Below, one piece after another: positions 46,899 to 56,534 of a DNA stretch of 64,000 bases (the stretch's first letter is position 1; each line of letters begins with the position of its first letter). This DNA comes from Egibacteraceae bacterium (lineage in GTDB: Bacteria; Actinomycetota; Nitriliruptoria; Euzebyales; Egibacteraceae), in contig JAUJNX010000001.1 of NCBI GenBank assembly GCA_030447925.1, positions 896,973 to 960,972 of the forward strand, read 5' to 3'. Under the pieces are notes generated by a model. It was not told the origin of the DNA. It ran no database searches and was given only the letters and a program-made list of their open reading frames with translations. A program made the position numbers and the translations under genes.

Positions 46899-47387
46899 GT
46901 GGAGCGATCATTGAGCGGTCAACAGCAGAGCGAGGACGAGCTGGGGGTGTGGCGCGGGCTGCTGCGCGTGCACGCCGGCGTGAACGGCCGCCTGGACGCG
47001 GAGCTCCAGCGGCGCCACGGGCTCACGCTCACCGAGTGGGAGGTCCTGCTCAGCCTGGACCGCGCGCCGGAGGGCCGGCTGCGCGTCGGCGACATCGCCG
47101 GCTTCGTGCTGCTGACCCCCGGCGGGGTCACGCGCCTGGTCGCGCGGCTCGAGCAGCGCGGGCTCGTCGCCCGCGTCCCGCACGCCACCGACCGCCGCGG
47201 CACCGCGGTGCGGCTGACCGGCGCCGGGCGCGACCGCTACCGCGCGGCCGACGTGGAGGGCATGGTCCGCCGCCTGTTCCTGGACCGCCTGACCCCCGAG
47301 CAGCGCGCCCAGCTCGCCGCCATCTGGGAGGCGGTCCTGCCGGGCGCGGCCACCCTGGACGCCCGCGAGTGGGCGTTGCGCCGCTGA
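46899..47387 (+). CDS. MarR-family transcriptional regulator
   Basis: 162 aa with winged-helix 'LTLTEWEVLLSLDRAPEGRLRVGDIAGFVLLTPGGVTRLVARLEQRGLVAR'. Confidence 0.75.
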   Translation: MERSLSGQQQSEDELGVWRGLLRVHAGVNGRLDAELQRRHGLTLTEWEVLLSLDRAPEGRLRVGDIAGFVLLTPGGVTRLVARLEQRGLVARVPHATDRRGTAVRLTGAGRDRYRAADVEGMVRRLFLDRLTPEQRAQLAAIWEAVLPGAATLDAREWALRR

Positions 47388-47431
47388 CGGCCAGGGGCGG
47401 GCTGGCGCCAGGTGGGCGCCCGCCTCGGTGG

Positions 47432-49060
47432 TCAGGCGCTCCGGCCGCCGACCGGCACGCGCTCGTGTCCCGGCTCGGCGGGGGCCTCGGCGGCGGCTGG
47501 CGCCGCGTCGCCGAGACCGGGGGTGCCGGCCACCACGACGTGCCCGCCGCGCGCCTCGTGCTGGTGCCGCCAGGTGGCGAGCAGCTCGCGGCACGCGGCG
47601 TCGATCAGCCCGAGCCTGGCCACCTCCACGCGCACGTCCGCGCCGGCGGGGATCGCCTCCAGCGCCGCCGCCAGCTTGGGCAGCCGGACGAAGGTGGCGG
47701 TGCCGCGCAGGTCGACCACCTGCGTGCCGTCGGGTGCCGCGGTGACCTCGACCTCCAGTCGCGACGTCTCCCACACCAGCTTCACCAGGGCGAGCGCGAG
47801 CCCGATGACGACGCCCTCCAGCAGGTCCGTGACGACGATGCCGACGACGGTGGCCGCGTAGACGGCGACATCGGCCCGGTTGGTCCGCCACATCGACCGC
47901 ACGGCGGACGGCTCAAGCAGCTTGATCCCGGCGTGGACCAGGACCGCGGCCAGGGCGGCCGTGGGGATGAGGCCGAGCACCCCGGGGGCGAGCAGGACGG
48001 CCGCCAGCAGCCAGACGCCGTGCAGCACCGCCGACAGGCGCGTGCGGGCACCCGCGTTCACGTTCGTGGCGCTGCGCACGATCACGCCGGTCATGGGCAG
48101 CGCCCCGACGAACCCGGCCACGAGGTTGCCCGTTCCCTGGGCGAGGAGCTCGCGGTTGTAGTCGGTGCGCGGGCCGTCGTGCATCCGGTCGACGGCGGTG
48201 GCGCTGAGCAGGCTCTCGGCGCTCGCGACCAGCGCGAACGTCACCGCCGCCAGCAGCAGCCCGGTGTCGAGGGCACCACTGGTGGGGGAGGCGAGCACGT
48301 CGAGTGACGGCAGGCGCACGGCGCCGAGCAGGTTCGGCGAGAGCTCGACCCGATGGACGGGCAGGTCGAGCAGCGCGGCGGCCGCCGTGGCCCCGGCGAC
48401 CGCGACCAGCGAGCCGGGGACGCGCCGCACGCGCGCGGGCAGGTACCGCCAGGCGACGAGGACCGCCAGGGTCGCGAGCCCCAGCAGCGCGGCGACGTGG
48501 TGCGGCCCGGAGGCGACGAAGCCCTCCTCCAGCGCCTCGGGCAGGTGGGCGAGGTTGGACAGCCCGTCGCCGCGGGGGCTGTCGTCGACGAGGGTGTAGA
48601 TCTGGCTCGCGATGATGATGACGCCGATCCCGGCCAGCATGCCGTGCACCACCGGCAGTGCGATGGCGCGGAACCACTGGCCCATGCGCGCGAGACCCAG
48701 CACGATCTGCAGCCCGCCGGCCAGCAGCACGACGATCCCCAGCGCGGCGACGCCGTGCTCGCGGACGACGTCGAAGACCAGGACGGTGAGGCCGGCCGCG
48801 GGTCCGCTGACGACCAGGGTGCTGCCCGGCATGGCGCCCGCGACGATCCCGCCGATGATGCCGGTGAGCAGGCCGAGCTCCACCGGCACGCCCGACGCGA
48901 TCGCGACGCCCATGCACAGCGGCAGCGCCACCAGGAACACCACGAGCGATGCGGCGATGTCGGCGCCCAGCGTGCCTCCGCGCCGCGCGGGCGCCCGCGG
49001 TCCCGCCGCCTCGCCGCCGGAGGGCGACCCGAGTACCCCGTGCTCCGCCGTACTGCTCAT
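47432..49060 (-). CDS. SulP-family sulfate/anion permease with C-terminal STAS domain
   Basis: 542 aa intact ORF; SulP TM core ('GIIGGIVAGAMPGSTLVVSGPAAG'), C-terminal STAS ('TQVVDLRGTATFVRLPKL'). Confidence 0.8.
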   Translation of the reverse strand: MSSTAEHGVLGSPSGGEAAGPRAPARRGGTLGADIAASLVVFLVALPLCMGVAIASGVPVELGLLTGIIGGIVAGAMPGSTLVVSGPAAGLTVLVFDVVREHGVAALGIVVLLAGGLQIVLGLARMGQWFRAIALPVVHGMLAGIGVIIIASQIYTLVDDSPRGDGLSNLAHLPEALEEGFVASGPHHVAALLGLATLAVLVAWRYLPARVRRVPGSLVAVAGATAAAALLDLPVHRVELSPNLLGAVRLPSLDVLASPTSGALDTGLLLAAVTFALVASAESLLSATAVDRMHDGPRTDYNRELLAQGTGNLVAGFVGALPMTGVIVRSATNVNAGARTRLSAVLHGVWLLAAVLLAPGVLGLIPTAALAAVLVHAGIKLLEPSAVRSMWRTNRADVAVYAATVVGIVVTDLLEGVVIGLALALVKLVWETSRLEVEVTAAPDGTQVVDLRGTATFVRLPKLAAALEAIPAGADVRVEVARLGLIDAACRELLATWRHQHEARGGHVVVAGTPGLGDAAPAAAEAPAEPGHERVPVGGRSA

Positions 49061-49222
49061 CGACCGGCTCCTGCGCTGTCACCATGGCTCTCGGCCCCTG
49101 ACCTGCCTGCGGACGGTAGCCGCGGCCGGCCGGGCGACGGCGGGATCCTCACGGCATCCTCACGGGGGGCCGTGCGGGCGTCGTGCCGGCGGCAGGAGCC
49201 GGACGCCGTGAGGGGAGGGGAC

Positions 49223-50653
49223 GTGGGGTCAGCACCGCTGCCGGATGTCGGGGCCGGCGACCGACCGACGCCCTGGCCGGTGCGGGCGGTGGCAGGCCTG
49301 CTGCCGGTCGGCTTCGCGACGCTGCTGGGCGTGGCGGTGTCGGCCGACACCACGGTCGCCGCGCTCCTGCTGCTGCTCGCCGTCGTGATCGCCGCGGTCG
49401 TGGGCCTCGGATCCGGGCTGCTGGCCGCCGTCGCCGGGTTCCTCGCGCTCGCAGCCGTCTTCACCCCGCCGTCGTTCGCCGCGGCCGTGCGCACGACCGA
49501 CGACCTCGTCGCGCTCGCCACCTACCTGGTCGTCGCCGTCGCGACTGGCGGGCTCGTCGCCCGCGTGACCGCGGCGCGCCAGCGCGCCGAGCTGCACGAG
49601 CGCGAGGCCCGGCTGCGCCTCGACCTCAAGGACCGGCTGCTCGCGGGCGAGACCCCGCAGGCCGTCGTGGCGCACGCCGCGGGCGTGCTCGTGGACCTGC
49701 TGGGGTTGGCGGGGTGCACCCTCGACGCCGCCGGGGTGACCGCGTCCGCCCGGGGCGACCGGGCGCCGGGCCCCCCGGTCCACCTGCACCCGGGCGGCGC
49801 GCGGGTCGTGCTCGTGCCCGCGCGGGAACGCCCGCTCGATCCCGACGAGGTCGCCCTCGTCGCGGCGCTGTCGGCCGGGCTCGCCACCGCCGTCGAGCGC
49901 GAGCGGCTCGCCGACGAGGCCCGCTCCGCCCGCACGGCCGCCGCCGTCGCGCGGTCGCGGACCGACCTGCTGTCGGCGGTCACCCACGACCTGCGCACGC
50001 CGCTCGCCGCGATCAAGGCGTCGGCGGCGACCCTCGCGCTGGAGGGCGCGCCGCTGGACGCCGCCGAGCGCCGCGAGCTGCTCGACACCGTGGGGGACGA
50101 GGCCGACCGGCTGGAGCGGCTCGTGGTGAAGGTGCTGGCCCTCAGCCGCATCCGGGCCGGCGAGGTGCGGCCCGCCCGCGAGCCGGTCGACATGGCCGGC
50201 GTCATCGGCGCCGTCGCCCACCGGCTGCGCTGGCTCCAGGGCGACCGCGGGCTCGTCCTGGACGTGCCCGACGACCTGCCGCCGCTGGAGGCCGACGTCG
50301 TCCTGCTCGAGCAGGTGCTCGCCAACCTGCTGGAGAACGCGCTGCGCTACGCGCCGCCGGCCTCGGACGTGGTCGTCACGGCACGGGCGACCACCGCGGC
50401 GCCCGGGCCCGGGGTGGAGGTTCGGGTGGCCGACCGCGGACCCGGGATCGCCGCCGAGCACCGCGAGCGGGTGTTCGAGGAGTTCTTCCGCACCGACCCG
50501 CGGCGCGAGTCCTTCGGCACGGGACTCGGCCTGGCCATCGTGCGCGCCCTCGTCGGCGCGCACGGCGGGGACGTCCGCTGCGAGGAGACGCCCGGCGGCG
50601 GCGCGACCTTCGTCGTGCGCCTGCCGGTGCCCGCGCCGGTGCCCGCCCCGTGA
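49223..50653 (+). CDS. KdpD-like sensor histidine kinase, short form (DUF4118 membrane domain + HisKA + HATPase_c; no N-terminal KdpD/Usp domains)
   Basis: TM region 'LLLLLAVVIAAVVGLGSGLLAAVAGFLAL', H-box 'SAVTHDLRTPLAAIKASA', ATPase 'ENALRYAPP...ADRGPGIAAEHRERVFEEFFRTD...GTGLGLAIVRALV'; GTG 49223 after GAGGGGAGGGG. Confidence 0.75.
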   Translation: MGSAPLPDVGAGDRPTPWPVRAVAGLLPVGFATLLGVAVSADTTVAALLLLLAVVIAAVVGLGSGLLAAVAGFLALAAVFTPPSFAAAVRTTDDLVALATYLVVAVATGGLVARVTAARQRAELHEREARLRLDLKDRLLAGETPQAVVAHAAGVLVDLLGLAGCTLDAAGVTASARGDRAPGPPVHLHPGGARVVLVPARERPLDPDEVALVAALSAGLATAVERERLADEARSARTAAAVARSRTDLLSAVTHDLRTPLAAIKASAATLALEGAPLDAAERRELLDTVGDEADRLERLVVKVLALSRIRAGEVRPAREPVDMAGVIGAVAHRLRWLQGDRGLVLDVPDDLPPLEADVVLLEQVLANLLENALRYAPPASDVVVTARATTAAPGPGVEVRVADRGPGIAAEHRERVFEEFFRTDPRRESFGTGLGLAIVRALVGAHGGDVRCEETPGGGATFVVRLPVPAPVPAP

Positions 50654-51378
50654 GCGCCGTGGGGGAGAGGGTCGGGGACGGCGCGACCGTGCTCGTGGTC
50701 GACGACGAGCCCCGCCTGCGGCGGGCCGTGCGCCTGAGCCTGCGGGCGCACGGCTTCGCGGTGCGGGAGGCGGCCGACGGCGAGGCCAGCCTGGCCGCGC
50801 TGGCCGACGGCCTGCCCGACCTCGTCGTGCTCGACCTCGGCCTGCCCGGCCTGGGCGGGCACGAGGTCCTGCGCCGCCTCCGCGGCTTCACCGCCGTGCC
50901 CGTGATCGTGCTCACCGCCCGCGACGGCCAGGCGGAGAAGCTGCTGGCGTTCGACTCCGGCGCCGACGACTACGTGACGAAGCCGTTCGACCCGCTCGAG
51001 CTGGTCGCCCGCATCCGCGCCCTGCTCCGGCGCGGCGCCGCGCCACCCGCCGCCGCGGTCGTCGTCGTCGACGGGCTCGAGATCGACCTGGCCCGCCGCC
51101 GGGTGCGGCGCGACGGCCTGCCCCTGCACCTGACCAAGACCGAGCTCGCCCTCCTCGAGCTGCTGGTCACCAACCCCGGCAACCTCGTCACGCACGACCA
51201 GCTGATCCGGCGGGTGTGGGGCCCCGCGCACGCGCCCGCCGACAGCCAGTACACGCGCGTCTACATCGGTCAGCTGCGCAAGAAGCTCGGCGACGCCGCG
51301 TCGCGCCCGCGGCTCATCCTCACCGAGCCCGGGATCGGCTACCGCTGGATCGCCGGCGACGACGGACCGCCGGGTTAG
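50650..51378 (+). CDS. OmpR-family response regulator (KdpE-like)
   Basis: REC 'VLVVDDEPRLRRAV...DLVVLDLGLPG', winged-helix 'LTKTELALLELLVTNPGNLVTHDQLIRRVWG'; GTG overlaps kinase stop (GTGA). Confidence 0.8.
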   Translation: MSAVGERVGDGATVLVVDDEPRLRRAVRLSLRAHGFAVREAADGEASLAALADGLPDLVVLDLGLPGLGGHEVLRRLRGFTAVPVIVLTARDGQAEKLLAFDSGADDYVTKPFDPLELVARIRALLRRGAAPPAAAVVVVDGLEIDLARRRVRRDGLPLHLTKTELALLELLVTNPGNLVTHDQLIRRVWGPAHAPADSQYTRVYIGQLRKKLGDAASRPRLILTEPGIGYRWIAGDDGPPG

Positions 51379-51398
51379 GAGACCCGCGACGCACCACC

Positions 51399-51764
51399 TC
51401 AGGGGCGGTACTCGGGGCGCTCCTCGTCGGCGTAGGGGTGGAGGCGCAGGTCCAGCCAGATCCACAGCGTCTTGGACCGGGGGTAGAGCCAGATGGGCAG
51501 CCCGACCATGAGCACGACCCCGGCGGCGATCAGCGCGGTCCAGGGGACGTCGGGCCAGGTCAGCGCCGTGCCGGTGAGGAAGGTGGCCATGAACAGGATC
51601 TGGGCGACGCCCAGGTTCACGATCATCCCGCCCACCCAGTAGCCCTCCTCGCGGGCGAAGGAGTACCCGCACCCGGGGCAGCGGTCGTGCAGCTGCCCCC
51701 AGCGCGTGAAGATCCCGCGCGCCCCGCACAGCGGGCAGCGCAACCGCAGCGCGCGCCAGAACAT
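51399..51764 (-). CDS. DUF983 family membrane protein (zinc-ribbon plus TM)
   Basis: 122 aa from 'MFWRALRLRCPLCGARGIFTRWGQLHDRCPGCGYSF' (two CxxC) then two TM helices. Confidence 0.65.
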   Translation of the reverse strand: MFWRALRLRCPLCGARGIFTRWGQLHDRCPGCGYSFAREEGYWVGGMIVNLGVAQILFMATFLTGTALTWPDVPWTALIAAGVVLMVGLPIWLYPRSKTLWIWLDLRLHPYADEERPEYRP

Positions 51765-51923
51765 CGGTCCAGCGTAGGTGCAACCGGGCGGGCCCCGGCG
51801 GCCGGGGGTGGCCGGGGCGTGACGGCGGGGCGAACGCCGCGGGCCGCGGCGGGGAACCGCCGTGGGGACGGCCCCGTCGCGGTTACGCTGTCCGCGGCAG
51901 ATGCAGCCGACGGAAGACGTCGT

Positions 51924-52466
51924 GTGACCGTGATCGAGCTGGTGCGCCACGCCAAGGCGCACAGCCGCGACCGCTGGTGGGGCAAGCCCGACCGCGACCG
52001 ACCCCTGACGGCCGAGGGCACCGATCAGTCCCGCTGGCTGGCCCGCGACCTGCTCCGATCCGGTCCACCGGTTGCCCTGTACTCCAGCCCCTTCACCCGC
52101 TGCCTGCAGACCCTCGAGCCGCTGGCGGCGTCGACCGGGCTGCCGGTCCTCCCCGACGACGCGCTCGGCGAGGTCACCGCCCTGCCGCTCCTGGACGACG
52201 ACGCGTGGAGCGCACCCGCCTGGCTCGGCGGCCGCGCCCTCGGGTTCGTCGACCGCGTCCTGGCCGAGCACCCCGACGACCGCGTGGTGGCCTGCACCCA
52301 CGGTGACGTCGTGCCGGCCCTCGTCGCCCTGCTGGTGGGGCGCGACGGGCTGGCGGCCGACCAGGTCCGGCTCAAGAAGGGTGCGCGCTTCGCGCTGTCC
52401 TTCAAGGACGGCCGCTGCGTCGCCGTCGACCACGTCCCCGCACCCGTCGAGCGGACGAGGGGGTGA
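51924..52466 (+). CDS. Histidine phosphatase family protein (SixA/PGM-like)
   Basis: 'VTVIELVRHAKA' RHG-type N-terminus (GTG start), 'CTHGDVV' second His; ~180 aa. Confidence 0.65.
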   Translation: MTVIELVRHAKAHSRDRWWGKPDRDRPLTAEGTDQSRWLARDLLRSGPPVALYSSPFTRCLQTLEPLAASTGLPVLPDDALGEVTALPLLDDDAWSAPAWLGGRALGFVDRVLAEHPDDRVVACTHGDVVPALVALLVGRDGLAADQVRLKKGARFALSFKDGRCVAVDHVPAPVERTRG

Positions 52467-52520
52467 GCGCGCAGCAGGTCTGACGCGGGGCGCAGCCGGT
52501 CGCCGAGAACAGGAGCTCGC

Positions 52521-53867
52521 ATGACCCGCACCACCACCTACGTGCTCGACACCTGTGTGCTGCTCGCGGACCCGCGGGCGATCCACCGCTTCGAGGAGCA
52601 CGACGTCGTCCTCCCGCTGGTCGTGGTCGAGGAGCTGGACCGCAGCAAGGCCAAGATGGACGAGGTGGGCCGCAACGCCAGGACCGCCATCCGCCTCCTG
52701 GAGGAGCTGCGCGTCCGCAGCGGGTCGGGGCTGCGCGAGCCGTTCCGGTTGCCGTCCGGCGGGACGCTGCGGGTCGAGGGCAACCACGTCGACACCACGC
52801 TGCCGCCCTACCTGGACCCCACGTCCCCCGACCACCGCATCCTCGCCGTCGCCCTGGCCCTGCGCGGGACCCTGGTGACCAAGGACGGCGCGCTGCGGAT
52901 CAAGGGCGGCCAGCTCGGCGTCGAGGTCGAGGACTACCGCGCCGACACCGTCCAGGTCGACGAGCACTCGACGGGGGTCACCGACCTCGACGTCGCGCCG
53001 GACGTGCTCGACCAGCTCCACCGTGACGGCAAGGTCGGCGTCGACGGCCGTGACCGGTACCTCAACGAGTGCCTCGTCCTGCGCGCGGGGCGCTCGGCGA
53101 GCGGGCTGGGCCGGGTGGTGTCGCTGGACCGCGACGTGACCGGCGGGCTGGTCGCCACCGTCCAGCGCGCCAGCAGCAACCACCGCGCGTTCGGGGTGTC
53201 CCCGCGCGACGTGCGCCAGGCCTTCGCCCTGGACCTGCTCACCGACCCGGCGGTACCGTGCGTCTCCCTGATGGGCATGGCCGGGACCGGCAAGACGTTC
53301 CTGGCGCTGGCGGCGGGCCTCGAGCAGGTCGTCGAGGCCCACGGCTACCGGCGGCTGTCGGTGTACCGACCGCTCGTGGCGGTCGGGCGCCAGGAGGTCG
53401 GGTACCTGCCGGGCGACCTGGACGAGAAGCTGTCGCCGTGGATGGCGGCGATCCACGACAACCTCTACTCGCTGTTCCGCCGCGAGGAGGAGACGGTCGC
53501 GGGCTGGGGCGGCGACGACCACCGCCGGGTGCAGGGCGCCGTCGACGGGCTGATCGACCGCGGCCAGCTGGAGATGGCCGCGATCACCTACCTGCGCGGG
53601 CGCTCCATCACCGACGAGTTCGTGATCGTGGACGAGGCGCAGAACCTGGAGCTGCCCACCCTCAAGGTCATCCTCACCCGCATGGCCGCGGGGTCCAAGG
53701 TGGTCTTCTGCGGCGACCTGTCGCAGGTGGACAACCCTTACATCTCGCCGTTCGGCGGCATGGCGGCGCTGATCGAGAAGCTCAAGGGCACGGGCCTGTT
53801 CGGGCACGTGACCCTGCAGAAGGGCGTGCGCTCGCCGCTGGCGGAGCTGGCGGCCACGGTCTTCTAG
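52521..53867 (+). CDS. PhoH2-type protein: N-terminal PIN domain fused to PhoH-like ATPase
   Basis: PIN 'YVLDTCVLLADPRAIHRFEEHDVVLPLVVVEELD'; PhoH Walker A 'GMAGTGKTFLALAAGL', Walker B 'FVIVDEAQN'. Confidence 0.8.
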   Translation: MTRTTTYVLDTCVLLADPRAIHRFEEHDVVLPLVVVEELDRSKAKMDEVGRNARTAIRLLEELRVRSGSGLREPFRLPSGGTLRVEGNHVDTTLPPYLDPTSPDHRILAVALALRGTLVTKDGALRIKGGQLGVEVEDYRADTVQVDEHSTGVTDLDVAPDVLDQLHRDGKVGVDGRDRYLNECLVLRAGRSASGLGRVVSLDRDVTGGLVATVQRASSNHRAFGVSPRDVRQAFALDLLTDPAVPCVSLMGMAGTGKTFLALAAGLEQVVEAHGYRRLSVYRPLVAVGRQEVGYLPGDLDEKLSPWMAAIHDNLYSLFRREEETVAGWGGDDHRRVQGAVDGLIDRGQLEMAAITYLRGRSITDEFVIVDEAQNLELPTLKVILTRMAAGSKVVFCGDLSQVDNPYISPFGGMAALIEKLKGTGLFGHVTLQKGVRSPLAELAATVF

Positions 53868-53956
53868 CCGAGGTCGAGGGGGCTTCGGGTCCCCCGGTCG
53901 AGCGTGCCAGGCTGTACCCTCAGCGTGGGTAATCCATTGCGCTGAGTGAGGTCCGG

Positions 53957-54856
53957 GTGCGAGCGGTGCGGGGGTCCATCCTCGTGGTCGACGATTCCGC
54001 GGTCACGCGCGCGCGGCTGTCCCACGCGCTCGCCGACCACGTGGTGCACGAGGCCGCGGACGTCGACGGGGCCCTGGACACCCTGCGCGCCACGCCCGTC
54101 GACCTGGTCGTCCTGGACCTGCTCCTGCCCGGCACCGGCGGGATGGCGCTGCTGCGGCGCTGGCACGACGAGCCGTCGCGGCCGTCGCCCGCGGTCATCG
54201 TCGTGTCCGCGCTCGACGACGAGGCGGTGCGGGTCGAGGCGCTGCGCCTGGGCGCCGCCGACTTCGTCGCCAAGCCGTTCTCGGTGGCCGAGCTGAGCCT
54301 GCGCGTCGCCCACGTGCTGGAGCGCCAGGCGCTGCTGCAGGAGCTGCGCGCCCGCGTCGACGACCTGGAGAACACCGCCAACACCGACGCCCTCACCGGC
54401 TGCCGCAACCGGCGGGCCTTCGACGCCCAGCTGGAGCGGCTGTGGGGCGAGCGGGCGCCGGTGGGGGAGCAGGTGGGGCTGGTCCTGCTGGACCTGGACC
54501 ACCTCAAGGACGTGAACGACGACGTCGGCCACGGCGAGGGCGACCGGGTCCTCAAGGCCGTGGGGGCGACGCTGGACGCCAGCTGCCGGGCCGGGGAGCG
54601 GCTGTTCCGCATCGGCGGGGACGAGTTCGCGGTGCTGCTGCTGGCCGACGAGCCCAGCGCGCTGCTCGCCGCGCGCCGCTTCCACGGCGAGGTCCGCGCC
54701 GCGGGCATCCGCATCACCCGCGACCCGGGGATCGCGACGGTGTCGGTGGGCGTGGCCGCGGGACCGTCGCCGGTCGCCCCCGACCCCACCGCCCTGCTCG
54801 CCGCCGCCGACCGCGCCCTCTACGTCGCCAAGCGCCGCCGCGACACCGTCGCCTGA
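53957..54856 (+). CDS. Response regulator with GGDEF (diguanylate cyclase) output domain
   Basis: REC 'ILVVDDSAVTRARL...DLVVLDLLLPGTGG', GGDEF 'RIGGDEFAVLL' with upstream 'DALTGCRNRRAF' and 'LDLDHLKDVND'. Confidence 0.8.
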   Translation: MRAVRGSILVVDDSAVTRARLSHALADHVVHEAADVDGALDTLRATPVDLVVLDLLLPGTGGMALLRRWHDEPSRPSPAVIVVSALDDEAVRVEALRLGAADFVAKPFSVAELSLRVAHVLERQALLQELRARVDDLENTANTDALTGCRNRRAFDAQLERLWGERAPVGEQVGLVLLDLDHLKDVNDDVGHGEGDRVLKAVGATLDASCRAGERLFRIGGDEFAVLLLADEPSALLAARRFHGEVRAAGIRITRDPGIATVSVGVAAGPSPVAPDPTALLAAADRALYVAKRRRDTVA

Positions 54857-54863
54857 CCGGGCT

Positions 54864-55175
54864 TCAGCAGGCCAGGACCCGCTGCATGGCGGCGCAGAAC
54901 TCGTCCCAGCGGTCGGCCGGCACCGCCCCCGCCCGTCGCAGGAGCCGGTCGACGGGGAGAAGCTGCACGTTGTCGAGGTTCGCGACGGAGCCCTCGGCCA
55001 GGCCCTCGGCGGCGCCGACCGGGACCTCCGTGGCGATCCCGCGCACGGTGCTGGTCACCGGGGCGACCAGCACGCGCGTCAGCCGCGGGGCGACCCGCGC
55101 CCGGGTCAGCACGACGACCGGCCGGACCTTCTCCAGGTCCGCCCACCACACCTGACCGTGACCGAGTCCATTCAC
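54864..55175 (-). CDS. MazF/PemK-family toxin (mRNA interferase)
   Basis: 103 aa from GTG 55175: 'VNGLGHGQVWWADLEKVRPVVVLTRARVAP...VLVAPVTSTVRG' PemK pattern; upstream part of ORF 54864..55463 is low-complexity artefact; overlaps antitoxin stop (GTGA). Confidence 0.65.
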   Translation of the reverse strand: MNGLGHGQVWWADLEKVRPVVVLTRARVAPRLTRVLVAPVTSTVRGIATEVPVGAAEGLAEGSVANLDNVQLLPVDRLLRRAGAVPADRWDEFCAAMQRVLAC

Positions 55176-55441
55176 CCGCGACGGCGGGCGAGCGCGATCA
55201 CGTCGGCCGGCACCTCGCCGTCGTACGGCAGCGCCGGCCCGGGCGGCGCCTCCCAGCGCAGGTCGGGGTCGTCGTCGTAGGGGTGGCGGTCCAGGGCCGC
55301 CAGCTCCCGCTCGGCCTCCAGATCCTCCAGCAGGGCGACCAGGGCGCGGTCGACCAGCTTGCCGTCGCTCACCCCAGTGAGCGCGCGGGCGCGGGCCAGC
55401 CGCTCCCCATCCACGGTGGTCGAGATCCGCACACGCGCCAT
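55172..55441 (-). CDS. Cognate antitoxin of the MazF-like toxin
   Basis: 89 aa 'MARVRISTTVDGERLARARALTGVSDGKLVDRALVALLED' within ORF 55172..55561; acidic C-terminus; position and coupling with toxin. Confidence 0.5.
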   Translation of the reverse strand: MARVRISTTVDGERLARARALTGVSDGKLVDRALVALLEDLEAERELAALDRHPYDDDPDLRWEAPPGPALPYDGEVPADVIALARRRG

Positions 55442-55475
55442 GCCACAGACTGTAGCACGGCACGTGGGCGGCGGG

Positions 55476-56519
55476 TCAGGGGCGGGCGCCGACGCCGGTG
55501 GCGAACTCCGAGGAGCGGGCGGGACCCGAGGACGCGGAGGACAGGGGCGGCGTCGCGGCATCGGCGCCCTGGCGCAGGCCGGCCAGGACCTCGGCGAGCA
55601 CCGACCGGGCGTCGTGGGCGGGCATCCAGCCCAGCTCCCGGCGCGCCCGCGAGCTGTCGATCAGCGGGGTGCCCAGGGCCAGGTCGACCCACCCGGGCGG
55701 GGAGGGCTGCAGGCGCAGGCGCCACGACACCGAGGCCGCGGCCCGCGCGACGGCGGCGGGCACCGGCACGGGGACCCCGCCCAGGCCGCGCGCGAGGTCC
55801 TCGGGCTCCAGCACCGGGTCGGCGGCCAGGTTGAAGGCGCCGCGCGCGTCGCCGAGCAGCGCGAGCGCCATCGCCCGGGCGACGTCGTCGGCGTGCACCA
55901 CCTGGATGCGCAGACCCTGGACGGCCGGCCCCGCGGGCAGGCGGCCCACCAGGGCATTGGGCAGCAGCGGCCCCAGGAACAGCTGGCGCAGGTGGGTCGA
56001 GGAGGAGCCCTTGCCCACGATCGCGGGGCGGATGCGGATCACCCGCAGCCCGGGGTTCGCCTGCTCGACGCCGTCCAGGATGCGCTCGGCGTAGGCCTTG
56101 TGGCGGGAGTAGAAGGAGCTGTCGATGCCGTCGGTCGGCCAGTCCTCGCCGACCGGCGGGTCCTTGGGCCCGGCGCTGTACGCCCCGATCGAGGAGGTGT
56201 GCAGCAGCGCAGGAACCCCGGCGGCCGCCGCCGCCTCGAACACCCGCCGCGACCCCACGACGTTGATCCGGTGGAGCACGTCCAGGTCGCGCGACGGCTG
56301 GATCGCCCAGGCCAGGTTGGCGACCGCGTCCGCCCCGGCCAGCACGGGCGCGAGGTCGGCGGTGGTGATGTCCGCGGCGACCCACCGCGTCCGCGGCGCC
56401 GCCACGGAGGGCGCCCGGCGGGCGACGCCGACGATCTCGTCGACCTCGGGCCGGGCGGCGAGCTCCGCGAGCAGGCTGGTGCCGATGTTGCCGGTGGCGC
56501 CGATCACGACGATCCGCAT
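55476..56519 (-). CDS. NAD-dependent epimerase/dehydratase (extended SDR) family protein
   Basis: 'MRIVVIGATGNIGTSLLAELAARPEV' Rossmann start, 'YSRHKAYAE' Y-x3-K catalytic dyad. Confidence 0.7.
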   Translation of the reverse strand: MRIVVIGATGNIGTSLLAELAARPEVDEIVGVARRAPSVAAPRTRWVAADITTADLAPVLAGADAVANLAWAIQPSRDLDVLHRINVVGSRRVFEAAAAAGVPALLHTSSIGAYSAGPKDPPVGEDWPTDGIDSSFYSRHKAYAERILDGVEQANPGLRVIRIRPAIVGKGSSSTHLRQLFLGPLLPNALVGRLPAGPAVQGLRIQVVHADDVARAMALALLGDARGAFNLAADPVLEPEDLARGLGGVPVPVPAAVARAAASVSWRLRLQPSPPGWVDLALGTPLIDSSRARRELGWMPAHDARSVLAEVLAGLRQGADAATPPLSSASSGPARSSEFATGVGARP

Positions 56520-56534
56520 GGGGGGAGGTGCCTC

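Noticed and set aside
54864-55463. Full 199-aa ORF as the MazF-like toxin
   Set aside because: The N-terminal ~95 residues are low-complexity Arg/Gly/Pro and would run through the antitoxin gene. The PemK fold starts at the internal GTG (55175) that overlaps the antitoxin stop.
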